Source: Trichoplax adhaerens
Taxonomy: Eukaryota > Animalia > Placozoa
Assembly: GCF_000150275.1 (NCBI RefSeq)
Contig: NW_002060944.1
Coordinates: 127,614 to 191,613, forward strand
Length of the DNA: 64,000 nt
Direction: 5' to 3'
The translations under genes were made by a program, and so were the position numbers. This document shows positions 12,593-25,741 of the stretch, piece after piece; position 1 is the stretch's first letter; each line of letters opens with the position of its first letter. The notes under the pieces were generated by a model. That model worked only from the letters and a program-made list of their open reading frames with translations. It made no database searches and was not told where the DNA came from.

Positions 12593-15500
12593 ATGGCTCT
12601 ACATCCTACCCAGTTGGACATCCTAGAACGCTTACTGTTACTCTATGAAGACGGTCGCCAAAGTCAGCAAAATTATAGAGATGAAGAAGCACTTTCCAGT
12701 TATTTACATGCTATCGATGAAATCCAATCCATCGTTCAACCAACTACCGAATTGGATGAATTACAATACGATATCTATCTTAATATTTGCGACATTTACA
12801 TACGACAACACCAATGGGTGAAAGCTGATGAATTATGTCTGAAAGCAAAGAAAATAGCATTAAAAGTAAACGATCAGTTGAAAGTTGCTCGATGTTTAGA
12901 TCGCCAAGGCGACATTCAATCACTGCAAGATAATGCAAGCGGAGCTTTAGATAATTATGTTAAATCACTGGGTATTAAGTTACAGTTATTAGGAGACAAT
13001 AATCTAGATATTTCCAGCTCTTATGGCAGAATTGGAATCGTCTACTACAACCAGGGAGAGCTTGATGAAGCTCTTTCGGCGTATGAAAAAGCGCTAAAAA
13101 TCGATGACAGAATATTTGGTCGTAGTCATCCCTGTGTTGCAGACTTGTATACCAGCATTGGTAAAATATACGATGATCAGAAAAAGTACAGTCAAGCGTT
13201 AAACAACTACAAAACGGCTCTTGAAATATGCAAGCATGTATATGACGATAATCATCCTAATGTTGCTCAGTTATATGCTAGCTTAGCAAGTATATACTAC
13301 AAACAAGGTAAGCACAAGCAGGCTCTTTCTATGTTTGAAAAATCGATAAAAATGGTCAAGCAAGTACATGGCGAAAATCATGCGGATATAGCTGTTTGGT
13401 ACCAAAACATAGCATTAGTGCTTCTAAATCAGGCAAAGTATGATCAAGCCATAACAATGTATAATCAGGCTATCAAAGTTTTACGTAATCTTTTCGGTGA
13501 AAGTCATCCTGATATTACCCAAATCAATAGCAAGATAGCCGATATAAATTATCAACGATATCAATCCGATATTGCTGTTCCAACGAAAGAAAGTGGTAAG
13601 ATAGTTGTAAGATGATCGTGAATAGAAATAGAATAAATTTATGTTCAATTAGTACTTATAGCGAGTAGTTTAAATGCGAAAGAATTTGTACTGTGTGACT
13701 TGTTAAATAAGTCGATACGGATATCCTCTTTCCACTAGTTCATTGCGTAACTGACCAGCATAAAGAACCCAATGAACGAATAAACTTAGCCAGTAGTTTT
13801 TTATATAAGGTTTACATAGTAAGGTATCAACGTGTACACTTACTTGACTTATAGGAAGTGAAGAATCTAACTCACAATATACGAAAGAAGAAAATGAAGC
13901 TATAAAAGAATTTATCGGTTTGTATTGAGGAGAAAGATTGTATTTTCAATATCGCAATCGTGACGTAATTATTGGTCGTTGTTTTACAAAATAATTATAG
14001 CTTAATGTCTTGTAAGAAAGTTGCTTAGTGTACTGATTGACTTGATAATATATCAGATACAACTGCTTTAAGGCGTTTCGAAAAATTAAAAAGTGTTCTA
14101 ATTTACACCTTATAATGCTGTACAGATGCGTGTTATTCTACGATTGCAAACTCCATTGGAAGTCATTGGATTGCATTGGCTTCTGATCTGGGCCTTTCCG
14201 ACCATGATATTAACTCCATTAAGAAACAATCTAGCAGTTCACCTACTCAGTCCACTTTAGCAACGCTAATGCTCAATTATTGGCGCAAGAGAAATTTAAC
14301 ACAAGATAACCTGACAATATTAATGAAGAGTCTTGCTGATTTAAAACAAAAAAAAATAGCATCTAGTTTGAATAATCTTTTAATTGAAAATCAAAAGAAT
14401 CCACTATGTTCTAAATACGTCACTACAGTTTTACAAGGTAACAGATTTAATGCTATCATTTAAATGAAGTGCTATTTTAAAATATTGCTTTAATTTAATC
14501 GTGAATAGAACTTACCCAAAAGAATACAGATCTAGAAAATGGTGATGGAAACGCAGATAGAGATGGTAAGAGGACACAAACTACATTGTGATGCATCTTG
14601 TTTCTTGTAAAATATCCGTAATCTTTTAATAATACGGCTTGCAGAATGTAATCAAGTTGTAGTCTTTAGCAGCTACGTAGTCAGGTATTTCAGTCTAGCA
14701 GAGTATTACTGATAGCCGATGTATGCAGCTTTATTGTCATACTGGTTTATGGTAATAATGTAATTAAACTAGAAAATCTAACGATAGGATATTCAGTATC
14801 ATAATGCCTAAAAAATTAATAAGCTATGAGTAGGTGGTGCATCTTATCAAAATTCTATAAAGTAATGTTATCGATATCTGACAGCTATAGAGTAAAGCAT
14901 TTCAGTACGTTAATGTTATAATAAAAAATTTAGAAAATTTCTACATTTGTATAGGATAACACATATGCGATCCATTAGTAATACATAACAACATAAGTGC
15001 TATTAATGATAATAATAAAGCTTCAGTAATGAGCTAATTAGTTATTAATATTGGCAAATTTATGGCTATGTTAATGTATTTTATCTAGCTGTAGAAGATA
15101 AAGAATATCTAGAAGACTATAATAGAGCATTAGAAGATGGTAAATGTAGTAATGATTTTACTAAAATTGTCATTGTCGGTCCTGAAAATGTCGGTAAATC
15201 ATCTATTATGAATGCATTTACTGAGGATGGAAAACTTAAGGAAACCCGCCAAACTGAGGTTGCTGAAGACACTAACAAATTAGTAAATCTTATCACATTT
15301 GATATTTTGAATAAGAAAGTAGTTGATTTTAGAAAAGTATTACTTCAGAAAGTACTCTTGGCAATAGAACGGTTTAAAAATCAAACTGACCCTAAATTAA
15401 CCGTTAATCAACAAGACGAATTGAACGCCAATCAAGAGGACAAAATCAACACCACATCTGATCATTCGCGTGGCCAAATGACCACTACAACTGAAAATAA

Positions 15501-18500
15501 TTTAGAAATAACGAAAGATGTGAACGAATTAGCTGTTGCAGAAGTAATAGAACCTACATTAAAAGCTGAAACAGTGGATAGTTCTACAGATATCGATAAT
15601 AATGCTGTAAAAGACGCAGAGAATAGCTCTATACCGAAAAATTATCCCACTCAAACTATACCTAAAGTAAATCATAAGCTCTCAATTTATGAAGATTTAA
15701 TACGATCTCTGACGGATACTAAGGGCAAGATTGAAGATGATAATACTAAAGATAATCGCTACGGAAAGCTAGTCGATTTTGGAGGTCAAGCTATCTATTA
15801 CGTAGCCCATCGCCCATTCCTATCTGGAAAGAGTATCTATGTGTTAGTTTTTAATATCAACCATACAATTGATACTCCAATAGAGGGCCGAAATAATAAA
15901 ACCATCGGTGTGACCTACCGACAAGCTATGCGAGAATGGCTAACCTCGACAATCAGTAGCCACAAGGGTAAAAGTACTCTCGATGTGAAAATTGGTGAGG
16001 AATATGCGACATACGATCTGCCGATTGTTATCCTGGTAGCATCACATGGTGATCTAGTAAAGCCTTCGGAACACCGTAAAAAATTTAGAATTTTCAAAAA
16101 TGCATTAGTCGAAGATATGCCAAAATATAGACGAAATATATGCAGTTCAAACATAATATTTCACTGTAAACCAAATGATAATACCAAAGCATCTGTTAAG
16201 CAAAGACGTGATACTAGTAGTACCCTGCATCAATTAATCAAGCAATTTGCTTTGAGTCAGCCGTTTATGAAAGAAGAAATTCCCATTCGATGGTATATTA
16301 TGGCATCAATACTACATACGTCAGCTGACGATAAAAGTAAGGAAACTGCATCAAAATCTAGCTATAAAGATATCTTACATCGAATACACAACATCATGAA
16401 ATACGATGAAATTAGACAGCTAGCTAAAGATTGTGAATTGTATGAGGACGAAAAAAATTTACGAAGTATGCTGCTGTACTTGCATGATATAGGCGATATC
16501 GTATTTTGTGAGAAAAAAGGGTGCGATGCAATGGTAGTAACTAATCTGGATTGGCTACTTGCAATATTTCGATCGATTATCAAAATTGGTGATGATAACT
16601 GCAAGAGTGCTTGCTCAGAAAGTTGCTGTAAAACTGCTCGTAAAACTGGTAAAATGTCAGAATCATGTATTGATGCAACTCTTGCTAACAGTGAAATAAA
16701 ACTAAATAAAGACGAAAAGGAGTTTACGAGTGCTTACTCAGAAAAAAAAAAAAGAAAAAGAAAAAGAAAAAGTTGCTATAAAACTGCTCGTAAAACTGCT
16801 CGTAAAACTGGTCAAATGTCAGTATCATGTATTGATACAACTCTTGCTGACAGTGAAATAAAATTAAATAAAGATGAAAAGGAGTTTATGAGTGCTCACT
16901 TAGAAAGTTGCTATAAAATTGCTCGTAAAACTGGTAAAATATCAGAATCATATATTGGTAAAATTCTTGCTAACAGTGGAATAAAATTAAATGATTACGA
17001 AAAGAAGTTTATTATACAATTAATGGAGAGCTATGATATCATTTGCAAGATAGAGAATAAAAATCAGAAAGGAGATGATGGTCGCCAGTTTATTGTGCCG
17101 TATTTGCTATATTCATCAGATAAAATGAAAGCTGATGATTGTATTCTTTCCGATTGGTTATACATTGGATACGATTGTAAAATTATACCCTATATTCCTG
17201 ACGGAATATTTTACTGCCTTTTATCAGCGTGTTTAAAGATATGGAATGTGTTAGACGTAGAGATCTACCGTCGATCTGCAAAATACAAACTGGAATTTCC
17301 TTATGGGATTATAATCAAGAAAGAAGATTCATATATTGGTTTACAATACTGTTACAAGGCTGAAAATAAAGCAATTGCTGAATACGTTAAAAAGGATATT
17401 AAATCTTCAATCAATGCTAATAAACCACAAGAAAAGATTAGAGACACTTTAGACACAGTAGTTAGTGAGAGGATGCCAAAATTTCAGAATGCACACTGTC
17501 AATTTTTTGTTAATTGCTCCTCATGTGGAGAGAAAACAACAATTACAAGCCATTTAAATGGACAGTTGACTTATATCTGTTGTTCAGAATGTAATACGCA
17601 CTTCAAATCAACAGCATTAAGCCAGTGGATGGGTGATAAGCTGGAAGAATTACCAGGTATCGATTGGATATTGAATTTTAGTTTAAATTGTTATTCTTTC
17701 ATATATTTTAATTTAAAACTATACGCCTGTTAAATAATGTATATCATCTGCACTTACTTGCACCGTTGCCGATTTACGATGCCCTATTTTTAAATTAGAT
17801 ATATCTTTATAGAACTATCAATTTATCACAAAATTGTTAAGGGGAAGGCTGTAAATTTTCACATATCCATAAAGACAGTGATATATCAAGAATATCAATT
17901 TAATTAATGTAACGTAAATGCATGTAGTGCTAGAAATTATTTAATTAATTAACTGGCAAATTTCAGTCAATTTTTCGCAGTCCATTAAGCCTTTCTTGGA
18001 TTTATAGAAAAAATATTTCACTCTATTTATGAATTCTACGCAAAGTTGATACCGTTGAAATTGTGGGCAATTCGCAAAAGAAAATTTCTATGTTATCTAC
18101 TTGAGGTTAATGTAGTACCACTAAGTGGCATATTACAAATTTTACGTCACGGATGATAGACCACAACTGAGTTTTTTTTAATTGTATTGGATTAACATTA
18201 TAATGGCCGATACAACAGATAAAGAATCGTAATAGAAATCAGTCGATTTTACTACTCTATTTTTATCTTTAGGTACGCAAGCACTATGCAAATATCAAGG
18301 GTTTTCTTACCAATTACATCGAGGTATTACCTTTTAATTTAAATTATTGGTAACTTAACTTCATTCATTATCTGTACATGCCATAATACGTATATTAAGA
18401 GGTGTCATTCTATTACAAACATCATTCCTTAAATGAATAATTTAATACTAATTTTAAAATGTGATTTAGATTTATGATTTTAAACCTATGCTGTGTAATA

Positions 18501-19455
18501 TGCTATATAAGTGAATGGTGACCAATAGATTATACTTATATTTATAGACGTTAGTAGAGAATTGTTGTAAATATGCAGAAATGTCCTACCATTAGGATTA
18601 ATAATTTACTATTGATTGTTGGTCGAGAATTCAACAAGTATTACTTATCATTTATGTAAGAAATCGATAACATACGTACTAGAATGATAATCATACAAAA
18701 ATTGAATACACTAACGGTAAATTTGAAAAAAATCTTAGTAAGCAAAGAGTATATAGCACTTCCTTTTAGTTGATAGATCGCTTATAAACGCCGCTTATAA
18801 ATCTTTTGCTTCATGAAGAAATGATTCATTCTAATATTGATTGAAGAGTTGATCTTATTGAAAGGGGCTATCCATACATTAAATATGTTCCTCTTAGATT
18901 CCTCAAAAAATAGTATAAACCTATTGAAAAAGTTTGCGTTGATTCATTAGTGACTTCTGTGTATTGCTGTAAGCTGAGTCAGAACTATAATTACTCTGTA
19001 AGTCTAATAGTCTTTAATAATTTAAAATACTAGTACATGACATTCATCTACAAATATCACTGACAAACGGAAAAAATATGTTCCATTTGGCTAATATGGA
19101 GTTTCATGATTGTCTAGGGAAGTTTAATTTTGATAGCAATATTTTAATAGTTGATCTTCTGTTCTTTTAAATAGAGAGCTTCAATAAATGTTTTGATATT
19201 GTAGCTGAAAAATTGTATAGTTACGAAATCTGTCCCTTTGGTGTTAAACTTGGCTTAGAATTTATCCCCATTAATGAAATCTGCGATGAAAAAGGCAAGC
19301 CCTACACGAAAACAATGAAAGTACTACACATGTGGCAACAAAAAGTCGGCTTGAATGCTGAAATAATCGATATTATTAAAGTCTTACAGGACATAAGTAG
19401 AGTTGATATAGTAGAGAAATTAAAATCCTATTTAAGTGATTTCTTGCGTGATTAA
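12593..19455 (+). CDS. Gene B: ROCO-family GTPase, TPR(~5 x 42 aa)-death domain-Roc-COR-CxxC/CxxC-death domain; ~1444 aa, 7 exons
   Basis: Exons 12593-13595, 13855-13917, 14126-14437 (DD1: IGSHWIALASDLGL...MLNYW), 14509-14565, 15089-17656, 18273-18323, 19175-19455 (DD2: LGLEF...VLHMWQQK...LQDISRVDI). All are phase 1 and the frame is open. Roc motifs: G1 GPENVGKS 15178-15201 (upstream of the ORF-track start), G3 DFGGQAIYYVAHRPFL from 15775, G4 LVASHGD. COR motifs: IPIRW, LLYLHDIGDIV, FIVPYLL, IPDGIFYCL. Confidence 0.88.
16606..17013 (+). repeat. In-frame triplication of a 123-bp (41-aa) unit inside the COR region of gene B
   Basis: Units start at 16606, 16729 and 16891 (SAxxESCxKxARKTGxxSxSxI..LAxSxIKLN..EKxF). 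Unit 2 is 162 bp = 123 + a 27-bp A-rich insert + a 12-bp TARK duplication. Confidence 0.92.
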
Positions 19456-22400
19456 AACTTTTAATAATAATCCTAAACTTTACGTTATCAGAGCTTCTAT
19501 TCAAGATAGCTTCTGAAGATTTAAAGTTGTAAATATATAGAACATATAATATCTTACTGTCACAATTTCACTTCTGCGACAAGGTAACGTACAGTAGAAG
19601 TCTATAAGTAGCTTCAGACTTAAATGCCCTTTTACTTAATGTTAAGCATACACAGCAAAATACTGTAAAGATGAAACTTTTATTAGAAAGATACATTTAC
19701 AACTTTTTATTACACTACTCGACTCAAATGTTCCCGTTTATATAGGAACCGTCTAATTTATAAACAACAACAGTATTATTATTATATCATACTAGTAATT
19801 CAACTACCATCAACTAGAACTTGAATCATCTTACTGCTATCTATCACATAATAACAATCAATATCAAATATGTATTGAACTATCGCAAACAACATCCACG
19901 TTAAGGCATTACTTATCTTACCTAGCACTACAAATATGGATATTTTCCATACTAGCTAATACTGTACTTATTAAGCTACCCTAATGACAAGGCAACATCG
20001 TAACACTTACATACGGTATAGTATATGTCATATACTAACTAACTTGATGGCCTTAACTTTTCATCAGCCATGATAATTTCCTATCTTTTCACATTAATAT
20101 AAAATAAGCCTAATAATTCATTTGAATATGCTGCTTATAGCCTATTTGGTTTTTAAGTTAAAGATCTAATATTTTTAATACTCGTATCCGAATAAAATTT
20201 CTTGATTGTGAGCTGTGTAGGTTTCGTAGCTTAATTGATTTGTTCTATAAATATGTAAACAAGTTTATAAATCCTTTAATTATTGCAACAAAACCTGTTC
20301 TACTAATAGTAATTAGAGTGTAGATCACACAAGTAATTTTATAATAGCACATTTTATTACTGATTCTGCATCGATTAAGATACTATGTAATAGTACAACT
20401 AGTTCTGACAGACAAGGAAAACTTGCTATACTAGTAGATCTTAGAAAAGAAGGACCAAGAACAATAATAACAGAAAAGCGCAGCTGCTTAAATACGTTAT
20501 CTAACTTGGTGTCAACAAAACAATCGCGAAAACATAATTCAACCTTTACAGAACTAAGTATGAGAATAAAATTTTATGATTAGTATCATATTCTATGTAG
20601 CTCAAATCAGTATGCTTGAATTATCACAAAAATTACTTATATTTATATGCTATTGTCGGCCAAAACCCGAAGTAATCTATGGTTATGTTTATATACCTAT
20701 TACTGTCAACAGCCCTAGATTTTGGTATTGCTTCTAAGTTATATCTAATTCACTTTTACATAACATGTTGACAACAATAGCTTATCTAACGGCTTCACTA
20801 CAATTATATGGATTATTCATTAGAAAGTAGTAGTAATTGACTTCTTACTGAGATTTTTTATCAACGGCGCCATCAACGTATCCACGACGGAAAGGTAAAA
20901 GCTCGAGCTGGCTAGACCTTGATTTCGTCGCTGACAGAGCCTAAAGAAAGCCTATATTCACGAGCAAGTAATGAGATAGACTAGTAACAACTGTGAAAGG
21001 AGAATAGGATAATGGTGAGTTGAACAGCCAAGCATGCTTCGCCTGTAAAGTATATCGATTGGACTCAACATGATTGATATTTTGGTTCTATCGCATTATA
21101 TCATGAAAGAAGGATGGACGATGCAGAGTTTAATTTGAAGTGTATCATTTCAGTAATGACAGTGATGTAGTGGCAAGGGTGCAAACTACTTGCTTATTGG
21201 CCTTTGAGATCGTTTCCTTACAATCGACACTGTTTTAATCGCTTCAAATTCATATCGAGGCAACACTTCTTATTACAGAAAAGACTTACATATTTATAGC
21301 AGTTTTACTGCATTGCCAAATTGTCACCCTAGATAATTAGTTCGATCCTACTAAATCATTTCCTATTTTGTCATGTCACCATCTCAGTTAAGCTACTATA
21401 TATGGCATAGATCCCACGTCGTAGTAATTGATAGTCAAATAATTCTACAAAGCCAATCTAGAAATGTAAACTGAATATTTCGTTTTATCAAGGACCATTA
21501 TAGAAATTAATTTTAAGCTCTATGTTGATTACTTCGTCATTTTGGGCAAAGATCAATTTAAAATAAATAAACTTTTTCTAAATTATCTACAAAATGAATT
21601 AAAGGAAGTCTTGCAGCTAACAACGGCTTGATAACCGTCCTTTTATGATACTAAGTCCAGTTAAAGCAATAGTTCTTCAATTTAAAATCTATATTGCTAC
21701 TGGAAACATTAACATTCTACGTAGGAGGTCGAAAATAGATTCGATTAACAACTATAATATCTACCGTACACTATTTTTTTCTCGTATGTAATTAATAGGA
21801 AGGATCCAATTAATATTGCGAATAAGATGGGAATCAACTCGATTACCATTTACTCGAATTAATCGAAAGATAGATCGATCAGCATATCATCTACAAAAAT
21901 CTAAGGCAATATAGACAAATTTGATGGTTAGTGATAAGAAACGTTCATTTTCTTCAAAATTAAAAATTCTCTTTAAATTTACTAATTGAAAAAATATACT
22001 AGTGTTTCGTGTAGAAGGAGAGAAATATTATTTAACTGCAAGTTTGTTATCTCTATGCTTTCCATGGATATCGGTATGAATATTGATTGAAATATAGCTG
22101 CGTTAACATGGCTTGTAAGTCTTTTGTAGACTATTAATTGTATATTGACCGATATTTTCAAAATATTATTTAGTTGAGTGTTTTTCTTAGATTTCGAATT
22201 TTATTGTTAATAGATAGGTCAAATAATCACCTGATCTGGATCTTGCAGGATATATTATTTAGCTATTCATACTATTAAACAAGAGTAAGAAAATACAAAT
22301 GCTTTTAGAGTAAAAGAGAAGAGAAGATGCTACTACGTGCTATAGCCTGGCAAGGTATTGACCGTTGTTAATGATTGAAAGTAAACCAAGCAATTGGTCT

Positions 22401-25195
22401 AAACAATCTATTGCTTGAAAGTCAATAAAGTCAGATATCAACTACAACAACAATTTTGTAAGATAAATAGTTCGTTACTATTTTGAAATTGATTACTTGA
22501 CAGCTTGAAATTTATTCAAATTAGTTTTAGAATTTACCTATAAAAAATCTGGTAATGAATTAGAATGTGACAATATTACTGTTATGTATGGTCTACTACC
22601 GCGCTAGAAAGTAGTTTTATCCTACTCTAGGATATATCAAAACTCTCAGTAAGCGAAGAAATAATATAGAAATATGAATACTTATTTACTCACTGCAAAT
22701 TAGGTTTCTACAGCCTAGTAGTATTAACAGATAGGATACCTACTACTTAATAGATAGAATATCACTTTATTCATTTCTAATTAGGCTTTCTATAACCTAG
22801 ATAGTACGTTTATCCTACTTTAGCAAATGGCAAATAGATCAAGATTATTTTGACGATGAATAGCAGAGACGTTTTAATTCCTTGTTTTGGAACTGTCATT
22901 TTATTATCGCTGATGATAGCACACAATTAAATGTTACCACTGTAACAGAACAAAAATTTGATTGGAAAGTAGTTATCCCATTGCTAGGAGGCTTTATCGA
23001 TTATTGAGGTAAGAGAAACTAATTTTAAAACTATAGAGAAAGAAATTGAGATGATACTCCGTAAAAATATATAGGGCAGTTCACGTGGTCCGCATGTAGC
23101 ACCAACAGCATTAATTCCAAAATTCAACGAAAATGAAGATTTTGTGCTGACAATAGGAGATTAAATAAAGTGGCATTTGAAGGTGAGTATCTGTTACTAA
23201 GAGCAGATAATTCGTTAGATGTGTTATGAAAAGCTAAATGTTTTCCCACTTTAGAGTCTTTAAGTGAATATTGGCAGGTCCCAGCGGCTACAAATTCTGC
23301 AATCTCCAGCATTCATTGATTCTTTAACAGTGATTAAACGTATTAAATAGTACCAATTAAGGGCATAAAGTTATTAAATATGAAGATATGCTTATAGCAC
23401 TGGCATTTGATTTCATTTTTTTCAAGTATAACAGAAAATCACAGTAAATAATGTTACGGTTAGAATAAAGAATACCCTTCAATTTTTCCTTTACAATTTC
23501 CACTGACTACCAGAATGGTACTTTGATTGGTCGTACATTATGGCAATCAAAGAGGGTCGCGATAGAAAAATAAGGGCATTAATTTTCTTATTAGTAATAT
23601 TTTTATTGCAATTTTCGGTTACTTTAAAATCAAGAATTAACTAAGCCTGCTTATATTGGATTCTCAACATGTTGCTGTAAAGTGAAGTTATACTGGAATG
23701 GAATGGATCCTATTTCCTTCTCTTTTACAGCAAATAACCTCGATATTCCTGTAGTAGAATATATGCCTAAAAGTAGATCACAAGATCCTTTCTTTATTTG
23801 TGAAGATTTCAAACGATTCTCAATTAAATATCCTATAGAATCCATATTTTGATCTATTATCACGCGCAGTTTTCTCCATATCGCTAATTTTCAAGTTGCT
23901 TTTCAGCCTTCTTTACAGCTGTTCGGTGCACTCTTAGTTTTTTTTTTCTACGCATGTTGTTCCTGACTTCTATCTAACCTATAGATTCCCAAAGTATTAG
24001 TGATGAAATTAATTTCGATGAAGAGTTTATAAATCCCTCCATTTTGGTACTTAATTATGGCTGGATATTTACAATATTAATTTTATTTCTTTTTCTTCGT
24101 TATGCAGAATAGCAAACTTTATTAAAATATTAAATTAAGAGAATGGTTTATTTTAAGGATCATTAATTTCGAAATACGGTACCGCATTATTTAAAACAAT
24201 ATGTGTTAGTTTGTTAGGATTATCCCAGTAGTTGTTATTGACGAGTATTGAACTTTGGAATGTAAGCAATAGCTGAATTTGTACATGAAATTTCTAAATT
24301 TTATAGAAGTGTTAGTATTTCTACTTAAGCTAACTGATGGCATACCAAACTAGTGTAGTCCCACTGTTTACAGTATGGTACACTCCGGCACCTATTTGAC
24401 GATACGAATATGCTTCCTTTACATTTGCATATTTAGCCGATGTTCGTATCATAACCTAAGGTTATTACGAGTCCAAGTATCTAAAATAACTATTACAGGT
24501 TTATGAGTAAATATTCTTCAAGTTTTACTGGTGTTTGGGTCCAGCCTTTACGTCCAATAGATACGTTTTACTATATCCTCTATATTTATTTTTGATCGAT
24601 TTTGTTTTATGTTCTTGTATAATTGATTAGCTGTGCTTAAAATATAATAAAAATTTAAAATTTAAATATTTCCAGTAATATAATTTACCTATTGCCGAAT
24701 TAGTATGCGAAATTAATTTATTGTATTACTCGCTTTCATTCATTCGTTCGATTTACTGTGGTGTTGAGTACTTTATAGTGTTGCAATATTAATAATTACT
24801 GTATATATTGTAGATAGTTATCCTTAGTGAAGCATCAAATCTGTTAATTATATTCATTTTCGAACTCCCGATATTTAGCTTCCAATTTTAACTCCCTGAC
24901 TGCGGCAAATAATCATTTCTAATTGTAAACTATTTGAATTGATTTGAGTTCGTTACAGGCTGGACATGGAAATTCAATATTACTTTAAAGCAGTTCTAAG
25001 AGAGATTATTTCCTGTTTTAGTTTTCGGTAACCTTCGTGCGACCCATTTGTAGCAGCGTCATAAATAATGATGTCGGAAAGTAAGGTCAACAAAAATGAC
25101 TTTAAAGAATGTAAACATAAAGTTGACGTTCTACCAGTAGCGATTAAAACGATGATGTTTGTCAAGTTTTATCAGATTGAATAATCATTGGTGAG

Positions 25196-25220
25196 CAAAG
25201 ATCAATTTTAAATAAATAAA
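25196..25220 (+). promoter_or_regulatory. Conserved non-coding motif, copy upstream of gene C
   Basis: CAAAGATCAATTTTAAATAAATAAA, 546 bp upstream of the ATG at 25742; matches 5752 and 21547. Confidence 0.5.
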
Positions 25221-25741
25221 TCTTGATCACAAATGTTCAACAACTAAACGTATATTGAACATAATGCATAGATTTTACAGTGATGATATTCAGACAGCAT
25301 AAAGATTGATTAATCGTGATATGAATAATTTCGCAAAAATTTTAATAATATGCAAGTTTATTACTTTAAAATTCGATCCACTGGTAAATTAAAAAATGAA
25401 TTAAGCTGTAATAAAGAATCAAATTAAATAGCTCATAAAGCCAGGTATCTTATGTAATTTAATTAATTTATTTTCTTTTAATTTGGATTATAATTTCAAT
25501 GCTAGTGAATAAAATTTATGCTCTGAAGGATTGCAATGGACAGTAAGCTGTCTAAATGACTTGATCAAAAGCTTCCGAGAAGAAACCAAATCATAGCGCT
25601 TTGTTTATTTTGAAATGCTTGGCTGTATGGTTTCCACTATACACTTTACTTCCTCAAGGGCATAACATCCATCTGCAGATAAGTTACCATCATCCAGAGC
25701 TCCTGTGTACGTATATATTGGATGTTTCTTGCGTTTAAAAT

